From Candidatus Omnitrophota bacterium (GTDB taxonomy: Bacteria > Omnitrophota > Gorgyraeia > 1-14-0-20-64-10), in NCBI GenBank assembly GCA_023248155.1, contig JAHFFE010000001.1, positions 20,873 to 84,872 of the forward strand: DNA of 64,000 bases, read 5' to 3'. Positions within the stretch are counted from its first letter, which is position 1. The number at the start of each line of letters is the position of its first letter. This document shows positions 28,098 through 37,490 of the stretch, in pieces. Made by a program: the position numbers and the translations under genes. The notes under the pieces were generated by a model. It did no database searches. It was not told the DNA's origin and saw nothing but the letters and a program-made list of their open reading frames with translations.

Positions 28098-29607
28098 ATT
28101 GAGGGTTCGCCAGCTCTTTGCGGACCTGCTGCTCGAGACGATAAACATAATCGGAATACGTTCCCGGATAGTGCGCCACGGCCCCGTTACGAACTTCTAG
28201 AATTTGCGTCGCCACCATATTGACGAATGTGCGGTCGTGGCTGATGAAAAATAATGTCCCCTGAAATTTATGCAGTGCAGACCCCAATGCTTCAACCGTT
28301 TCGAAATCGAGATGGTTGGTCGGTTCGTCGAGCAACAGGATGGATCGCTTCATTAACAGCAAACCGGCCAGACACAACCGCGCGCATTCGCCTCCGCTGA
28401 GTACCGCGATTGATTTGCGGACATCATTTCCTTTAAACAAAAACGATCCGGCCATGGCCAGCAATTCCTGACGTGAAACGGAGGGAGCCGCGCACTTTTC
28501 CAAATGCGTGAAAACATCCTGCGTTTTATCAAGCGCCGCCACCACATGCTGCGCGTAATAAGCCACCTCGCAATGGAACCCCCACCGCATCGTTCCGCCG
28601 CGCGCCGGCAAATCACCGGCAATCGTCCGCATGAAAGTGGTTTTGCCCTGCCCGTTTTCTCCGAGAATCGCGATGCGCGCGCCATGATCGGCATCGACGC
28701 GGATTCCTTTCGCCACCAATTTCTCCGGATAACCGATTTCCAGATCTTTGCAGCGGAACGCGACGCCCTGCCGTTTCGGCAGTTCCGGAATCCGGATATG
28801 CACATTGCTTTGCGCTTCGGCGATTTCGATCGTTTCAAGTTTCTCGATCTGTTTCATTTTAGAGCGGGCCTGACTGGCTTTGGAAGCGGTCGCGCCGAAA
28901 CGGTCGACGAACCGCTGCAGCTGTTTGCGCTTTTCCTCAACACCGCGGTTGTAATTGACGGCTTGTTGCTCCTGTTCCTGCTTGAACGTTAAATATTCAG
29001 CCACCGTTCCGGGGTAAAGCGTCAGCTGGCCGTTTTCGGCTTCCAGTGTATGATCGCAGGTTTTCTTCAAAAATTCGCGGTCGTGCGAAACAATGATGAA
29101 TCCGCCGTTGAAATCCTGCAGAAACTCTTCGAGCAAGATGAGTGTTTTTAAGTCGAGGTAGTTGGACGGTTCATCGAGAATTAAAAAATTGGGGTCGCTC
29201 AAAAACATCGCGGTCAGCTTCATGCGCGTTTGATAACCGCCCGAAAGGCTTTTTACTTTCATGCCCAGCTGATCGTTGCTGATTTGGAACCGCGCGGCCA
29301 GTTCGCCGCAGCGCCAGGCCTCTTCGCCGGTATAACGCGTCAGGAACTCCAGAACCGTTTCAGCGTGGGTAAATGGATCGTGCTGTTCCAAATAACTTAA
29401 CCGCAGGTTATTGCTTTGGATCACCTGTCCGTCATCGGCGGCTTCCTGTCCGATAATAATTTTGCACAGCGTTGATTTGCCGGCGCCGTTGCGCCCGATA
29501 AATCCGGCTTTTTGTTCGCTGTTGAGCGTGACGGTGGCGTTGTCAAAAATAACGCGCGCGCCGTAGCTTTTGTGGATTTCTTTGAGTTGCAAAATGGCAG
29601 GCTGCAT
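28096..29607 (-). CDS. ABC-F family ATPase
   Basis: Two NBDs (GRNGAGKST/LSGG/LDEP and GENGQGKTT/LSGG/LDEPTNHLD); no TM segments. Confidence 0.93.
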   Translation of the reverse strand: MQPAILQLKEIHKSYGARVIFDNATVTLNSEQKAGFIGRNGAGKSTLCKIIIGQEAADDGQVIQSNNLRLSYLEQHDPFTHAETVLEFLTRYTGEEAWRCGELAARFQISNDQLGMKVKSLSGGYQTRMKLTAMFLSDPNFLILDEPSNYLDLKTLILLEEFLQDFNGGFIIVSHDREFLKKTCDHTLEAENGQLTLYPGTVAEYLTFKQEQEQQAVNYNRGVEEKRKQLQRFVDRFGATASKASQARSKMKQIEKLETIEIAEAQSNVHIRIPELPKRQGVAFRCKDLEIGYPEKLVAKGIRVDADHGARIAILGENGQGKTTFMRTIAGDLPARGGTMRWGFHCEVAYYAQHVVAALDKTQDVFTHLEKCAAPSVSRQELLAMAGSFLFKGNDVRKSIAVLSGGECARLCLAGLLLMKRSILLLDEPTNHLDFETVEALGSALHKFQGTLFFISHDRTFVNMVATQILEVRNGAVAHYPGTYSDYVYRLEQQVRKELANPQ

Positions 29608-29622
29608 GTCAGTGACGGCGAA

Positions 29623-30678
29623 CTATGATGAAATCGCGACACCCTTCCTGACCAACAGGTCCCGCACTCCGCGAATCACAGGGAATATTTCCTGGTTCCA
29701 GTCGGCGCCCTGGTTATCGTGCGCTTTCTGTTCCAGCTCCATAATCCAGCGGTCCTCGGCAAAAATACCGTCGGTAAACCAGACGATCGCCGGCCAGAGC
29801 AGATGGATCAGTCCGGGAATCGATGGTTTGCGGATCATCATCAATCCAAAGCTGTGGTTTGCTTTTTGCGCACGGTCGGTCGGCACATAGGCCAGCCAAA
29901 GATCGAGCGACGGTTTCTCCTGCTCGGCGCTGGTAAACTGCAGCGTCTGATACGGGTATTGCGTGCGGATCGTCATTAAATCATGCTCGCGCAGCTTGGC
30001 CGCTCCCTCTTTCTTGCCGATCATGAACCGCTCGCCCAGCGACTGCTTTCCGCTCACGCGCTTGAAGGTGTACGAAGCTTCAAACCAGTCGTCACCTGAT
30101 TTGGAACCCAGCAGCGTGGGCCGAATCCCTCCCATCAACTTGCGGTGCAGAAACTGGTGATTCATATCGAGCAGATTTTCATGCATGAAGGAGTAGTGGC
30201 ACTTTACGTCGCGGTCAAGAATTCGCGTTTTATAATGGGGATCCTTCTGTGAGGGAACCTCGGGAAACCGTCCCTCAGCCTTGGCCGGGTCGCCCGGAAA
30301 AATAAACAGAAGCCCGTACGCTTCGCGGCACGGATAACTTCGGACGCCATTGGGAAGCGCCTCCCGTTTGTCGAGATAAGGAACGCCGATGCATTTGCCG
30401 GACTTATCGTAGGTCCATCCATGATACCCGCAGCGGATCTGTTCTCCGGCTACGACGCCGACGCTGAGCGGAACCTGCCGATGCGCGCAGCGGTCTTCCA
30501 GCGCAAAAAGAGCGCCGGTTTTGGCGCGAACAATGACAATCGGCTCGCCGGCAAATACGGCGGCGATCGCCTTGCCGGGCTTGAGCTTATGCGAGCGGGC
30601 TACAGGATACCAGTAATCGCGGTCAATGCCGGCTTTTCGCAGGTCGATAATATCAGTCGGACGCATGGTTGTTTCCAC
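29623..30678 (-). CDS. Rieske non-heme iron oxygenase alpha subunit (VanA-like)
   Basis: CAHR...CGYHGW Rieske motif; ENLLDMNH..LH; ED..I.E. Confidence 0.9.
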   Translation of the reverse strand: METTMRPTDIIDLRKAGIDRDYWYPVARSHKLKPGKAIAAVFAGEPIVIVRAKTGALFALEDRCAHRQVPLSVGVVAGEQIRCGYHGWTYDKSGKCIGVPYLDKREALPNGVRSYPCREAYGLLFIFPGDPAKAEGRFPEVPSQKDPHYKTRILDRDVKCHYSFMHENLLDMNHQFLHRKLMGGIRPTLLGSKSGDDWFEASYTFKRVSGKQSLGERFMIGKKEGAAKLREHDLMTIRTQYPYQTLQFTSAEQEKPSLDLWLAYVPTDRAQKANHSFGLMMIRKPSIPGLIHLLWPAIVWFTDGIFAEDRWIMELEQKAHDNQGADWNQEIFPVIRGVRDLLVRKGVAISS

Positions 30679-30681
30679 GCT

Positions 30682-31359
30682 TTATTGTACCATTTCAATT
30701 TGCAGATGCATTAGGTTGCCGCTTCCCTGCTTCTCATAGCCATTCATCTGAATGGGGTTATTAAAACCCGGCCCGTCCAGAACCAGCGTATGGTATTCGC
30801 CGTTCTCTCCGCAAAGGTCCAGTCCGGTTTCCGCGGCAATAACCCGCAGTTGTTGCAGCGTTTCGAGCGTGATTTCTTTTCCCAGCCAGTCGTTTGTAAA
30901 CCACGGTTTTTTTACGCACGAAAAAATGATTTGGAATTTTTTTTCTATGAGCCGGCTCATTAACTCACTTCTATCGCGGCCCCAGAGCGGCGTTACTACC
31001 TCAACACCGGAACCTTGACTGCACTGCCGAATCCAGTTCGGGTGACCCTCTACTTCGGCGATATCACCCGTCACCAGAACTTCAATGCCATACTGTTCGT
31101 TTAAAGAACGGATCGCTCGTTCATACCCATCGCGAAACGGTTCGTGGATAATCATCGTCTGGTGCGGAAGGTTCATCGCTGCGGCCTGAGCTTTCATGAA
31201 ACCAACGGGGTGCGCTAAAAATTCAGCCCGCTCCGGAACAAATGTGACCAGCCGGTCGATCACATATCCGGCCTGACGCGCCTCGTAAAGCGCCAGCCCG
31301 CAATCTTTTCCGCCGGTCCAGGCCACTGCTGTTTTCAAGCTACAGCTGGGCAAGCGCAT
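30682..31359 (-). CDS. Diphthine-ammonia ligase/MJ0570-family PP-loop ATPase
   Basis: WTGGKDC, TGDI, PLWG, DLCGENGEYHTLVLDGP. Confidence 0.88.
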   Translation of the reverse strand: MRLPSCSLKTAVAWTGGKDCGLALYEARQAGYVIDRLVTFVPERAEFLAHPVGFMKAQAAAMNLPHQTMIIHEPFRDGYERAIRSLNEQYGIEVLVTGDIAEVEGHPNWIRQCSQGSGVEVVTPLWGRDRSELMSRLIEKKFQIIFSCVKKPWFTNDWLGKEITLETLQQLRVIAAETGLDLCGENGEYHTLVLDGPGFNNPIQMNGYEKQGSGNLMHLQIEMVQ

Positions 31360-31420
31360 CGTGGGCTTCGGCCACGATCAAAAGTAGGGCAATGACTATT
31401 TCTTTCATCTTCCCCACCCG

Positions 31421-31906
31421 CTAACTAAGCCAAAACATACCAAAGCAGGTTGCGCACAGCAAGAGAGCGATCCCCGCAAGGATGGCCAGCCCAACGAAAA
31501 ACCCGGTAACAACACGGCCATATCCTTTTTGTTTCAACCACACGAAAAGAATGATCGTTCCTAGCAAATAAAAAATCCACAGCCAATTAAACGATAGGCT
31601 TCCAAAAAACAAGGGCAAAATAAAATAACTGATAGGCAAGATAGACCATAACGCAAAAAGAGCCATTCCCCGCAATATTTGTTTTCGTTCATCAGGCATT
31701 AATTTTTCATCCTTCTTCCAAGCCATCACGATAAATCCGATTGTAATAAAAAGGAAAATAAGGGAAACATAGAAAGAATTCAATCGCCAGCTCGCCATCA
31801 ATAAATAGAATATATAGAAAAAACCTATTATGATGCTCTTCCATATTAAACCTAGTACCATTCTTGGCGTTTTTTCTTTGTTTTTGTTCTGTGGTTCATC
31901 CGACAT
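31421..31906 (-). CDS. Low-GC multi-TM membrane protein with C-terminal LLLCATC
   Basis: About 5 TM helices; GGAG RBS; overlaps the radical SAM stop. Confidence 0.78.
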   Translation of the reverse strand: MSDEPQNKNKEKTPRMVLGLIWKSIIIGFFYIFYLLMASWRLNSFYVSLIFLFITIGFIVMAWKKDEKLMPDERKQILRGMALFALWSILPISYFILPLFFGSLSFNWLWIFYLLGTIILFVWLKQKGYGRVVTGFFVGLAILAGIALLLCATCFGMFWLS

Positions 31907-33323
31907 TGGTTTTCTCCTCCTGTAGGCGGCGGAGCGGGGCTAACCGCGTTTGCTCCAGATCATCCCGATAAAACAGGTTGTAGGTATCAAACGGAATAAG
32001 CCGTCCATCCGGATGCGCAATATGAACACAGGTTTTTTTGACGGATCGGACATCAAATGAATGCGCGTCGATAAACTGCACGATTAAAATGCGAAACAGG
32101 TTTTGATAGGTAATCCCTTGCGGCAGCGCCACTTTCGGCAAACAGCAGAGCAGCTCCTTCAAACGGGAAAGACCCGCTTGGGGGGAGTTGGCTGTTGAGA
32201 ATAATTTGAAAACGCCCTGCCGGACCACATCATCTTTCTCGTAAACAATCGTATTGCGGCCGCCTTCGATAAGGACTTTTGGATCAATCAGTCCGGTCAG
32301 AGGAATCACGCGTCCATTAAGCTTCAATGCGTAGGCCATCGCCAAACTATCCGGATGGCACGGAACCGGTATCAAATCCTCCGGTTTGAAGATCGAACTC
32401 TGTTCCAGAATTTTCCGACGGACTTCAGTGAGTGTAAGCCTGTCGCGCGCTGGATCATACCCTTCCAACCGCCCAGCCGCTTGAATCGGTTGAAATGTAA
32501 CGCCGCGAACGCACGGCTGTTGAACAGCATATTCTATAATTTGACCCAGCTCGCCGTCGTTAAGGCCTTTTTTCAAAGTGACCACCAGCGTGGTGGAAAT
32601 ACCCAGCCGGTTCAACCGCTCCAACGCTTTTTCACGGATGGAACGCAAGTCCGCGCCACGCAATTCTGCAAGCGCCTCTTTGCGAAAAGAATCAAACTGT
32701 AGATAGACTTCAAACCCGGGCATATAGCTGGACAAACGCTTGGCGAATTCCTCGTCCTGCGCGATCCGAATTCCATTGGTGTTAACCATCAAATGCTTGA
32801 TCGGCCGGGTCTTGGCCATATCCAGAATTTTGAAAAAATCGGGGTGCAGTGTCGGTTCCCCGCCAGAGATTTGCACGATGTCCGGTTCTTTCTCGTTGCG
32901 CACGATGGCGTCCAGCATCTTTTCGACCAGCGCAAGGTCCCGGTGTTGAGGGCGCCCCGGCCCGCTGCCTGCATAGCAGATGGGGCATTCCAGGTTGCAG
33001 TGGTCGTTGATTTCCAGCAGCGTGAGGCAGGAATGCTGCTCGTGGTCTGCGCACAATCCGCAATCGTACGGGCAGCCCCATTTAACCGGCGTGTTGAACT
33101 GCATCGGCATTTCGGCCGGCTTAATGAACACCTCGCGGCAGCGGCGGTAATAGTCAATGTCATCGGCAATCAACACTTTTTCGGAGCCATGCTGCGGGCA
33201 GCGTTTCACCATAAAAACATTGCCGTCCTCAAACAGAATTTTGCCCTCAACCTTCTGAAAGCAGGTGGAGCAGATCGAAACTGCTACATCGTAAAAAAGG
33301 TAAGGTCGTACACGTTCGCTCAC
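31896..33323 (-). CDS. Radical SAM protein, MJ0619/Tes (GDGT macrocyclase)-like family
   Basis: N-terminal SICSTC...KRCPQHG; GCPYDCGLC..H..H.C; CNLECPIC; QISGGEPTLHP; YLQFD; VTFQP; IPFDTYN. Confidence 0.85.
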   Translation of the reverse strand: MSERVRPYLFYDVAVSICSTCFQKVEGKILFEDGNVFMVKRCPQHGSEKVLIADDIDYYRRCREVFIKPAEMPMQFNTPVKWGCPYDCGLCADHEQHSCLTLLEINDHCNLECPICYAGSGPGRPQHRDLALVEKMLDAIVRNEKEPDIVQISGGEPTLHPDFFKILDMAKTRPIKHLMVNTNGIRIAQDEEFAKRLSSYMPGFEVYLQFDSFRKEALAELRGADLRSIREKALERLNRLGISTTLVVTLKKGLNDGELGQIIEYAVQQPCVRGVTFQPIQAAGRLEGYDPARDRLTLTEVRRKILEQSSIFKPEDLIPVPCHPDSLAMAYALKLNGRVIPLTGLIDPKVLIEGGRNTIVYEKDDVVRQGVFKLFSTANSPQAGLSRLKELLCCLPKVALPQGITYQNLFRILIVQFIDAHSFDVRSVKKTCVHIAHPDGRLIPFDTYNLFYRDDLEQTRLAPLRRLQEEKTNVG

Positions 33324-34072
33324 GATCGGTTGGCCTCCTGCCCATAGAACAACTGTGGAATATCACGGCGATAATAGACCAACACAGCAACACAAACCCA
33401 CTGGATAGCGGTAAGTCCGAGAAATGGAACCGCCGGCTTGAGAAAATCAACAACCAGCCGAAAACCCATGTAGGCCACCATAAACGCCTTGAATAACTCC
33501 CCTTCTCGGTGCGGCTTACGGCCAAGCCGCCAAAGCCAAATCGTCAGTGCAATCATAAAGAGAATCTCGTAGATCTGTACCGGATGACGCAAAATCCCAT
33601 CTCCAAAATCAACCCCCAAGGGAAGTTGGGTTGGTAAGCCAAAAGTGTGATCGCTTAGGCCCGTCAGAAAACAACCGATCCTCCCAATGGCGATTCCTGC
33701 CGCCAAAGGAATCGCGAACAGATCTCCTGTCGGACGAGTCACGCCTATTCGCCGCTTCATCCATTCCACAGCCAGCAATCCTCCGGCCAGCGCTCCAACA
33801 ATCGTTTTCCCGCTAATCAAATAGGCCGGATGATGCCAATTCTTCAGTGTCAGGCCAGGATCTACAAACCAGAAAAGGATTTTGCTTCCGGCCGCCGCCC
33901 CGAGAATTGCCGCGGCAATAATGGTCATCCGCTGGGCATAACCGAGAGTGTCACCGGTGCGGGCGCGCTGCCAGAAATAAATTCGCGCCGCAATAAAATA
34001 GGAGAGCGTCTCAAAAAACAGATGCGGGTGAACTCGCCAAGGACCGATACTCAGATAAACCGGAAATGTCAT
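33320..34072 (-). CDS. Lgt-like prolipoprotein diacylglyceryl transferase paralogue
   Basis: GRIGCFLTG, RHPVQIYE, Y..FR..VDF; has GKTIVGAL where canonical Lgt has GGMSFHGG. Confidence 0.85.
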   Translation of the reverse strand: MTFPVYLSIGPWRVHPHLFFETLSYFIAARIYFWQRARTGDTLGYAQRMTIIAAAILGAAAGSKILFWFVDPGLTLKNWHHPAYLISGKTIVGALAGGLLAVEWMKRRIGVTRPTGDLFAIPLAAGIAIGRIGCFLTGLSDHTFGLPTQLPLGVDFGDGILRHPVQIYEILFMIALTIWLWRLGRKPHREGELFKAFMVAYMGFRLVVDFLKPAVPFLGLTAIQWVCVAVLVYYRRDIPQLFYGQEANRS

Positions 34073-34584
34073 TATTTGCCCCGCATAAACAGTATTGTTT
34101 CAAATAGAAAAAGCCCAATCGTGATCAAGATGACCTGCAGGCCAAATCCCGCGGCAGGACGAGGAAGCGTAAGAAGTTCCACGCTCCATTCCGGTTTTAA
34201 TGAAATTACTTTGAGCGTTTCGCGGACAGCGAGCGCAATGATCGCCCCGCTGACGAGCATTGTCAGCATGTGGATCAAATATTCAAGCGGAGGAATCCCG
34301 CCCAAAGAAGAACGGCTCTTCGGTTCCAGAAGAACATCTGTCAACGAATTGATTAGATCGGCTAGCAACAACAGCGGCAGGACAAGGGCATAAACCCCTT
34401 GTGCGTGGACAAACATCACCCACAAAAGAATAGTGAGAAACAAAATTTCGCGAAAGAGATGGGTAATCTGCTCTCCCCGGCTGGAGACTTGCTTATATAA
34501 CCGGAAGCGGTAAATATGAAAATAACCAACATCCAGAACACCTAAAAGCGAAAATCCGCACATCAGATAAAACAAATTCTGCAT
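34072..34584 (-). CDS. Membrane protein with His/Glu/Asp motifs, function unknown
   Basis: About 5 TM helices; D..YFH, E..TH..R, D...E..SR..LGG....EY..H; TAATG coupling to the Lgt-like gene. Confidence 0.78.
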   Translation of the reverse strand: MQNLFYLMCGFSLLGVLDVGYFHIYRFRLYKQVSSRGEQITHLFREILFLTILLWVMFVHAQGVYALVLPLLLLADLINSLTDVLLEPKSRSSLGGIPPLEYLIHMLTMLVSGAIIALAVRETLKVISLKPEWSVELLTLPRPAAGFGLQVILITIGLFLFETILFMRGK

Positions 34585-34609
34585 TGCGCCTCCAAATTCT
34601 TATCTTTTA

Positions 34610-36055
34610 TTATAACCGGGAAAGCGCATCCACAGCTTCGGCATGGCCCGGATCAAGCGCGATCGCTTTTTGAAACGCCTGTTTGGCTGCGGAGCGATTC
34701 CCCAGGCCCAAATAACACTTGCCGAGCGTTGTAAAAGTTCCGGCATCGTTGCCGCGCACGGCCTGTTTCAGCAGAGGCGCCGCTTCTTTATACCGTTCCT
34801 GTTGGACATACAATTTTCCCAGGCCGGCGTAAGCGGCCCAAATACCCAGGTCCATTTTGATCGCATCCTGATATTCCTGCTCAGCCTGCATATACCGCCC
34901 CCACTGCACATGCACATCGGCCAGTGCCGTGAGCGCTTCGGCATATTCAGGAAAAACTTCCAGCGCCCGCTTAAACTGTTCCTCCGCGGCCAGCCAGTCC
35001 TGCTGCGCGTAATACTTCCGGCCCTCTTCCAAGAAAACAACGGCCCCTTTCCGGTTGTCGAACCGGTTGAGCACCGTCAGTACTTTTTTGACGGTGGGCG
35101 CCTCGGCCACATCATCAATCGCGCGCTGCCCCCGCAAATATTCGGTTACCGTCGTTACCACGCGGATCCGCTCATCATCCACGGGATGCGTGCTGAACAT
35201 CGGCATTCGCAGCAGCGTAAAGGTATCGTATTCTTCCTTGGCTTTTTTGTATTTCTGGGCGGCGGCCCGGCAGCGGTCGTCGCCGCTGCCTTCCGGAATC
35301 GTGGTCGATCCGCAGGCCGATTCCATTTCGTATTTGGCTTCCTGCAGTTTGCTTTCCAGTTTTTGTTTTTGTTCCTCGTCCTTTTTCATCGACCGCTTGA
35401 AGAACCGGATCAACCCCTCCGGATCGTACCCGGCATGGTACGCATCAATCGTGCCGAGAATATCGGCTTCGCGCTCATGCTCGCGCGAATAGGCCGTGAT
35501 CATCATCACAGCGCCGACAGCGGCCATATTGCCGGCATCTTTGTTTTTAGAAAACGCGCCAATCGCCAAAGCCCCCACCTGTCCAAGCAGTTGCGGCAAT
35601 GCCGACCGGCTCTGGTGCCCCGCGTCGACATGACCCAGCTCGTGCGCGAGAATACCAGCCAGTTCGTCGTCGTTCTCCACTTCTTTCAAAAGCTGCGAAA
35701 ACACATACACATACTCGCCGCCGGCGACAAACGCGTTGACCTGTTCCGACTGCAAAATGCGGACGGTTGGATGCAGCTGTTTCTTGTGAACGAACGGGAG
35801 CAGCCGCGCGACGATTGCTTCGGTGCGCGCTTTGGCCGCCGGATCATCGGCCTCCTTAAACTCTTTCATTACTTCCTTGTCAAATTCCTGGACGTTCTTT
35901 CTCTGGGCCTCGGTCAGCTCCTTGCCCAACTCTCGCTCGAGTGCCAGCGGATGAAGATCCATCGCCACCATCATTTCGCGGCGGGCATAGGCCGTGCATC
36001 CTGACGACAACGGTAAAATGGCAAGCAAAACAGCCCAGACAATTTTTTTATGCAC
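34610..36055 (-). CDS. M48 metallopeptidase lipoprotein with TPR repeats (BepA-like)
   Basis: LSSGC lipobox, VNAF, AHELGH, YSREHEREAD, STHP, C-terminal TPRs. Confidence 0.9.
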   Translation of the reverse strand: MHKKIVWAVLLAILPLSSGCTAYARREMMVAMDLHPLALERELGKELTEAQRKNVQEFDKEVMKEFKEADDPAAKARTEAIVARLLPFVHKKQLHPTVRILQSEQVNAFVAGGEYVYVFSQLLKEVENDDELAGILAHELGHVDAGHQSRSALPQLLGQVGALAIGAFSKNKDAGNMAAVGAVMMITAYSREHEREADILGTIDAYHAGYDPEGLIRFFKRSMKKDEEQKQKLESKLQEAKYEMESACGSTTIPEGSGDDRCRAAAQKYKKAKEEYDTFTLLRMPMFSTHPVDDERIRVVTTVTEYLRGQRAIDDVAEAPTVKKVLTVLNRFDNRKGAVVFLEEGRKYYAQQDWLAAEEQFKRALEVFPEYAEALTALADVHVQWGRYMQAEQEYQDAIKMDLGIWAAYAGLGKLYVQQERYKEAAPLLKQAVRGNDAGTFTTLGKCYLGLGNRSAAKQAFQKAIALDPGHAEAVDALSRL

Positions 36056-36635
36056 GCGCCTTATCCTTTCGTTTCTGTTGATAGCGGAAACAATCGATCA
36101 GGTGATCATCCACCATGCCGGCAGCCTGCATGAACGCATAACAGATCGTCGAGCCGACGAATCGGAAACCGCGTTGTTTCAATTCCTTGCTCATCCGGTC
36201 GGAAACTCCGGTGCGGGCCGGAATCTGTTTCATCGTTTTCCAGCGGTTGCGCTGAGTTTTTCCGCCGGCCAAGTCCCAGATATACCGGTCGAATGAACCG
36301 AATTCATTCTGCATTTTCAGAAATACATGCGCATTCGAAACGGTTGATTCTATTTTAAGCCGGTTGCGGATAATTTCAGTGTTTTTCAGAAGCGTCTGGA
36401 TCTTTTTGCGGTCGTAGCGGGCGATTTTGCGGGCATCAAAATGGTCGAACGCTTGGTGGAACGCGGCGCGCTTCTTCAGCACAATCCACCAGCTTAAGCC
36501 CGCCTGCATCGCGTCGAGCACCAGAAATTCAAACAGCTTACGGTCATCATGCAGAGGAACGCCCCACTCGGTATCGTGGTATTGCTGCATCAGTTCAGGT
36601 TGGCGCGCCCAATCACACCGCAGTTTCGTTTTCAC
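36048..36635 (-). CDS. tag: DNA-3-methyladenine glycosylase I
   Basis: RCDW, YHDTEWG, QAGLSW, IIRNRLKI, FMQAAGMVDDH..C. Confidence 0.95.
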   Translation of the reverse strand: MKTKLRCDWARQPELMQQYHDTEWGVPLHDDRKLFEFLVLDAMQAGLSWWIVLKKRAAFHQAFDHFDARKIARYDRKKIQTLLKNTEIIRNRLKIESTVSNAHVFLKMQNEFGSFDRYIWDLAGGKTQRNRWKTMKQIPARTGVSDRMSKELKQRGFRFVGSTICYAFMQAAGMVDDHLIDCFRYQQKRKDKARA

Positions 36636-36822
36636 AAATGACTATTTTACTGCGCGCAGCCCCTCAGCGATAGAGACCGCTATGAACGCCCCTTGCGGGC
36701 CGGTGCCCGCTGCATGCGAGGAATTCGTGCTTTGCGGACATTTTCACTGGGTGCGCGTTTTTGCTGCAACTTATGTTTTTGCATTTTTTTATCCCCCGAT
36801 GAAATTGCCTTATAATGGTTCT

Positions 36823-37332
36823 ATGGGTGCGCTCAAGCAATCACTGCGTGATCTTCACGGCCACCGGAAAGAAATTCCATTCCTGCTGTTTTTGGCAACG
36901 GGCGTTTTGCTGGCCGGGCTTTCGCTGCCGATTCTGACCGTTGAAAAAACTGTTTTCTGGCGGCATTGGGAAAACCATTATTCGGTTTTCATCGGCATCA
37001 TCGAGCTGGCCAAGGGCGGCGACTGGCTTCTGGCATCCATCCTGTTCTTTTTCTCGATGGTTTTTCCGTTCGCGAAGCTGTTCATGTTGGCCGTCCTCTG
37101 GTATTCGGAGTGGACAAAACAACAACGAGAAAAAGCGCTTCATTGGCTGGGCCTTCTCGGAAAATGGTCGATGCTCGATGTCTTTGTGGTGGCCATCTTC
37201 ATCGTGGCCGCCAAATTAAGAGGCTTAACCGAGGTCCAGCCAAGAATCGGCATCTACATCTTCTGCCTGGCCATCATCCTGTCCATGCTGACGACGATGG
37301 CTATAGAAAAACTGGCCCAGCAGAAAACCTGA
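36823..37332 (+). CDS. Paraquat-inducible protein A (PqiA) domain protein
   Basis: FFSMVFPFAK, GKWSMLDVFVVA; true start at ATG 36823. Confidence 0.85.
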   Translation: MGALKQSLRDLHGHRKEIPFLLFLATGVLLAGLSLPILTVEKTVFWRHWENHYSVFIGIIELAKGGDWLLASILFFFSMVFPFAKLFMLAVLWYSEWTKQQREKALHWLGLLGKWSMLDVFVVAIFIVAAKLRGLTEVQPRIGIYIFCLAIILSMLTTMAIEKLAQQKT

Positions 37333-37344
37333 ACCGTTCGGTTT

Positions 37345-37473
37345 TTATCCGAACAGACCGATGATTCCCACCAGAATCAGATAAATCGCCACGATGTAAT
37401 TCAGCAGATGCGGCATGACCAGAATCAACATGCCCGCAATCAGCGAAGCAACGGGTTGCAGTGTGATATGCAT
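37345..37473 (-). CDS. DUF3096-like small membrane protein (42 aa)
   Basis: AGGAGG RBS; MHITLQPVASLIAGMLILVMPHLLNYIVAIYLILVGIIGLFG. Confidence 0.85.
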   Translation of the reverse strand: MHITLQPVASLIAGMLILVMPHLLNYIVAIYLILVGIIGLFG

Positions 37474-37490
37474 TTTGTGTTCCTCCTTTT

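Noticed and set aside
34643-36004. 453-aa plus-strand ORF
   Set aside because: Antisense shadow of the M48/TPR gene.
36651-36719. Possible three-way-junction RNA between tag and pqiA
   Set aside because: GC-rich pairing could be chance; no known motif and no second copy in the window.
36427-36822. N-terminal extension of the PqiA ORF
   Set aside because: Overlaps tag on the opposite strand; TATAAT and the ATG at 36823 mark the start.
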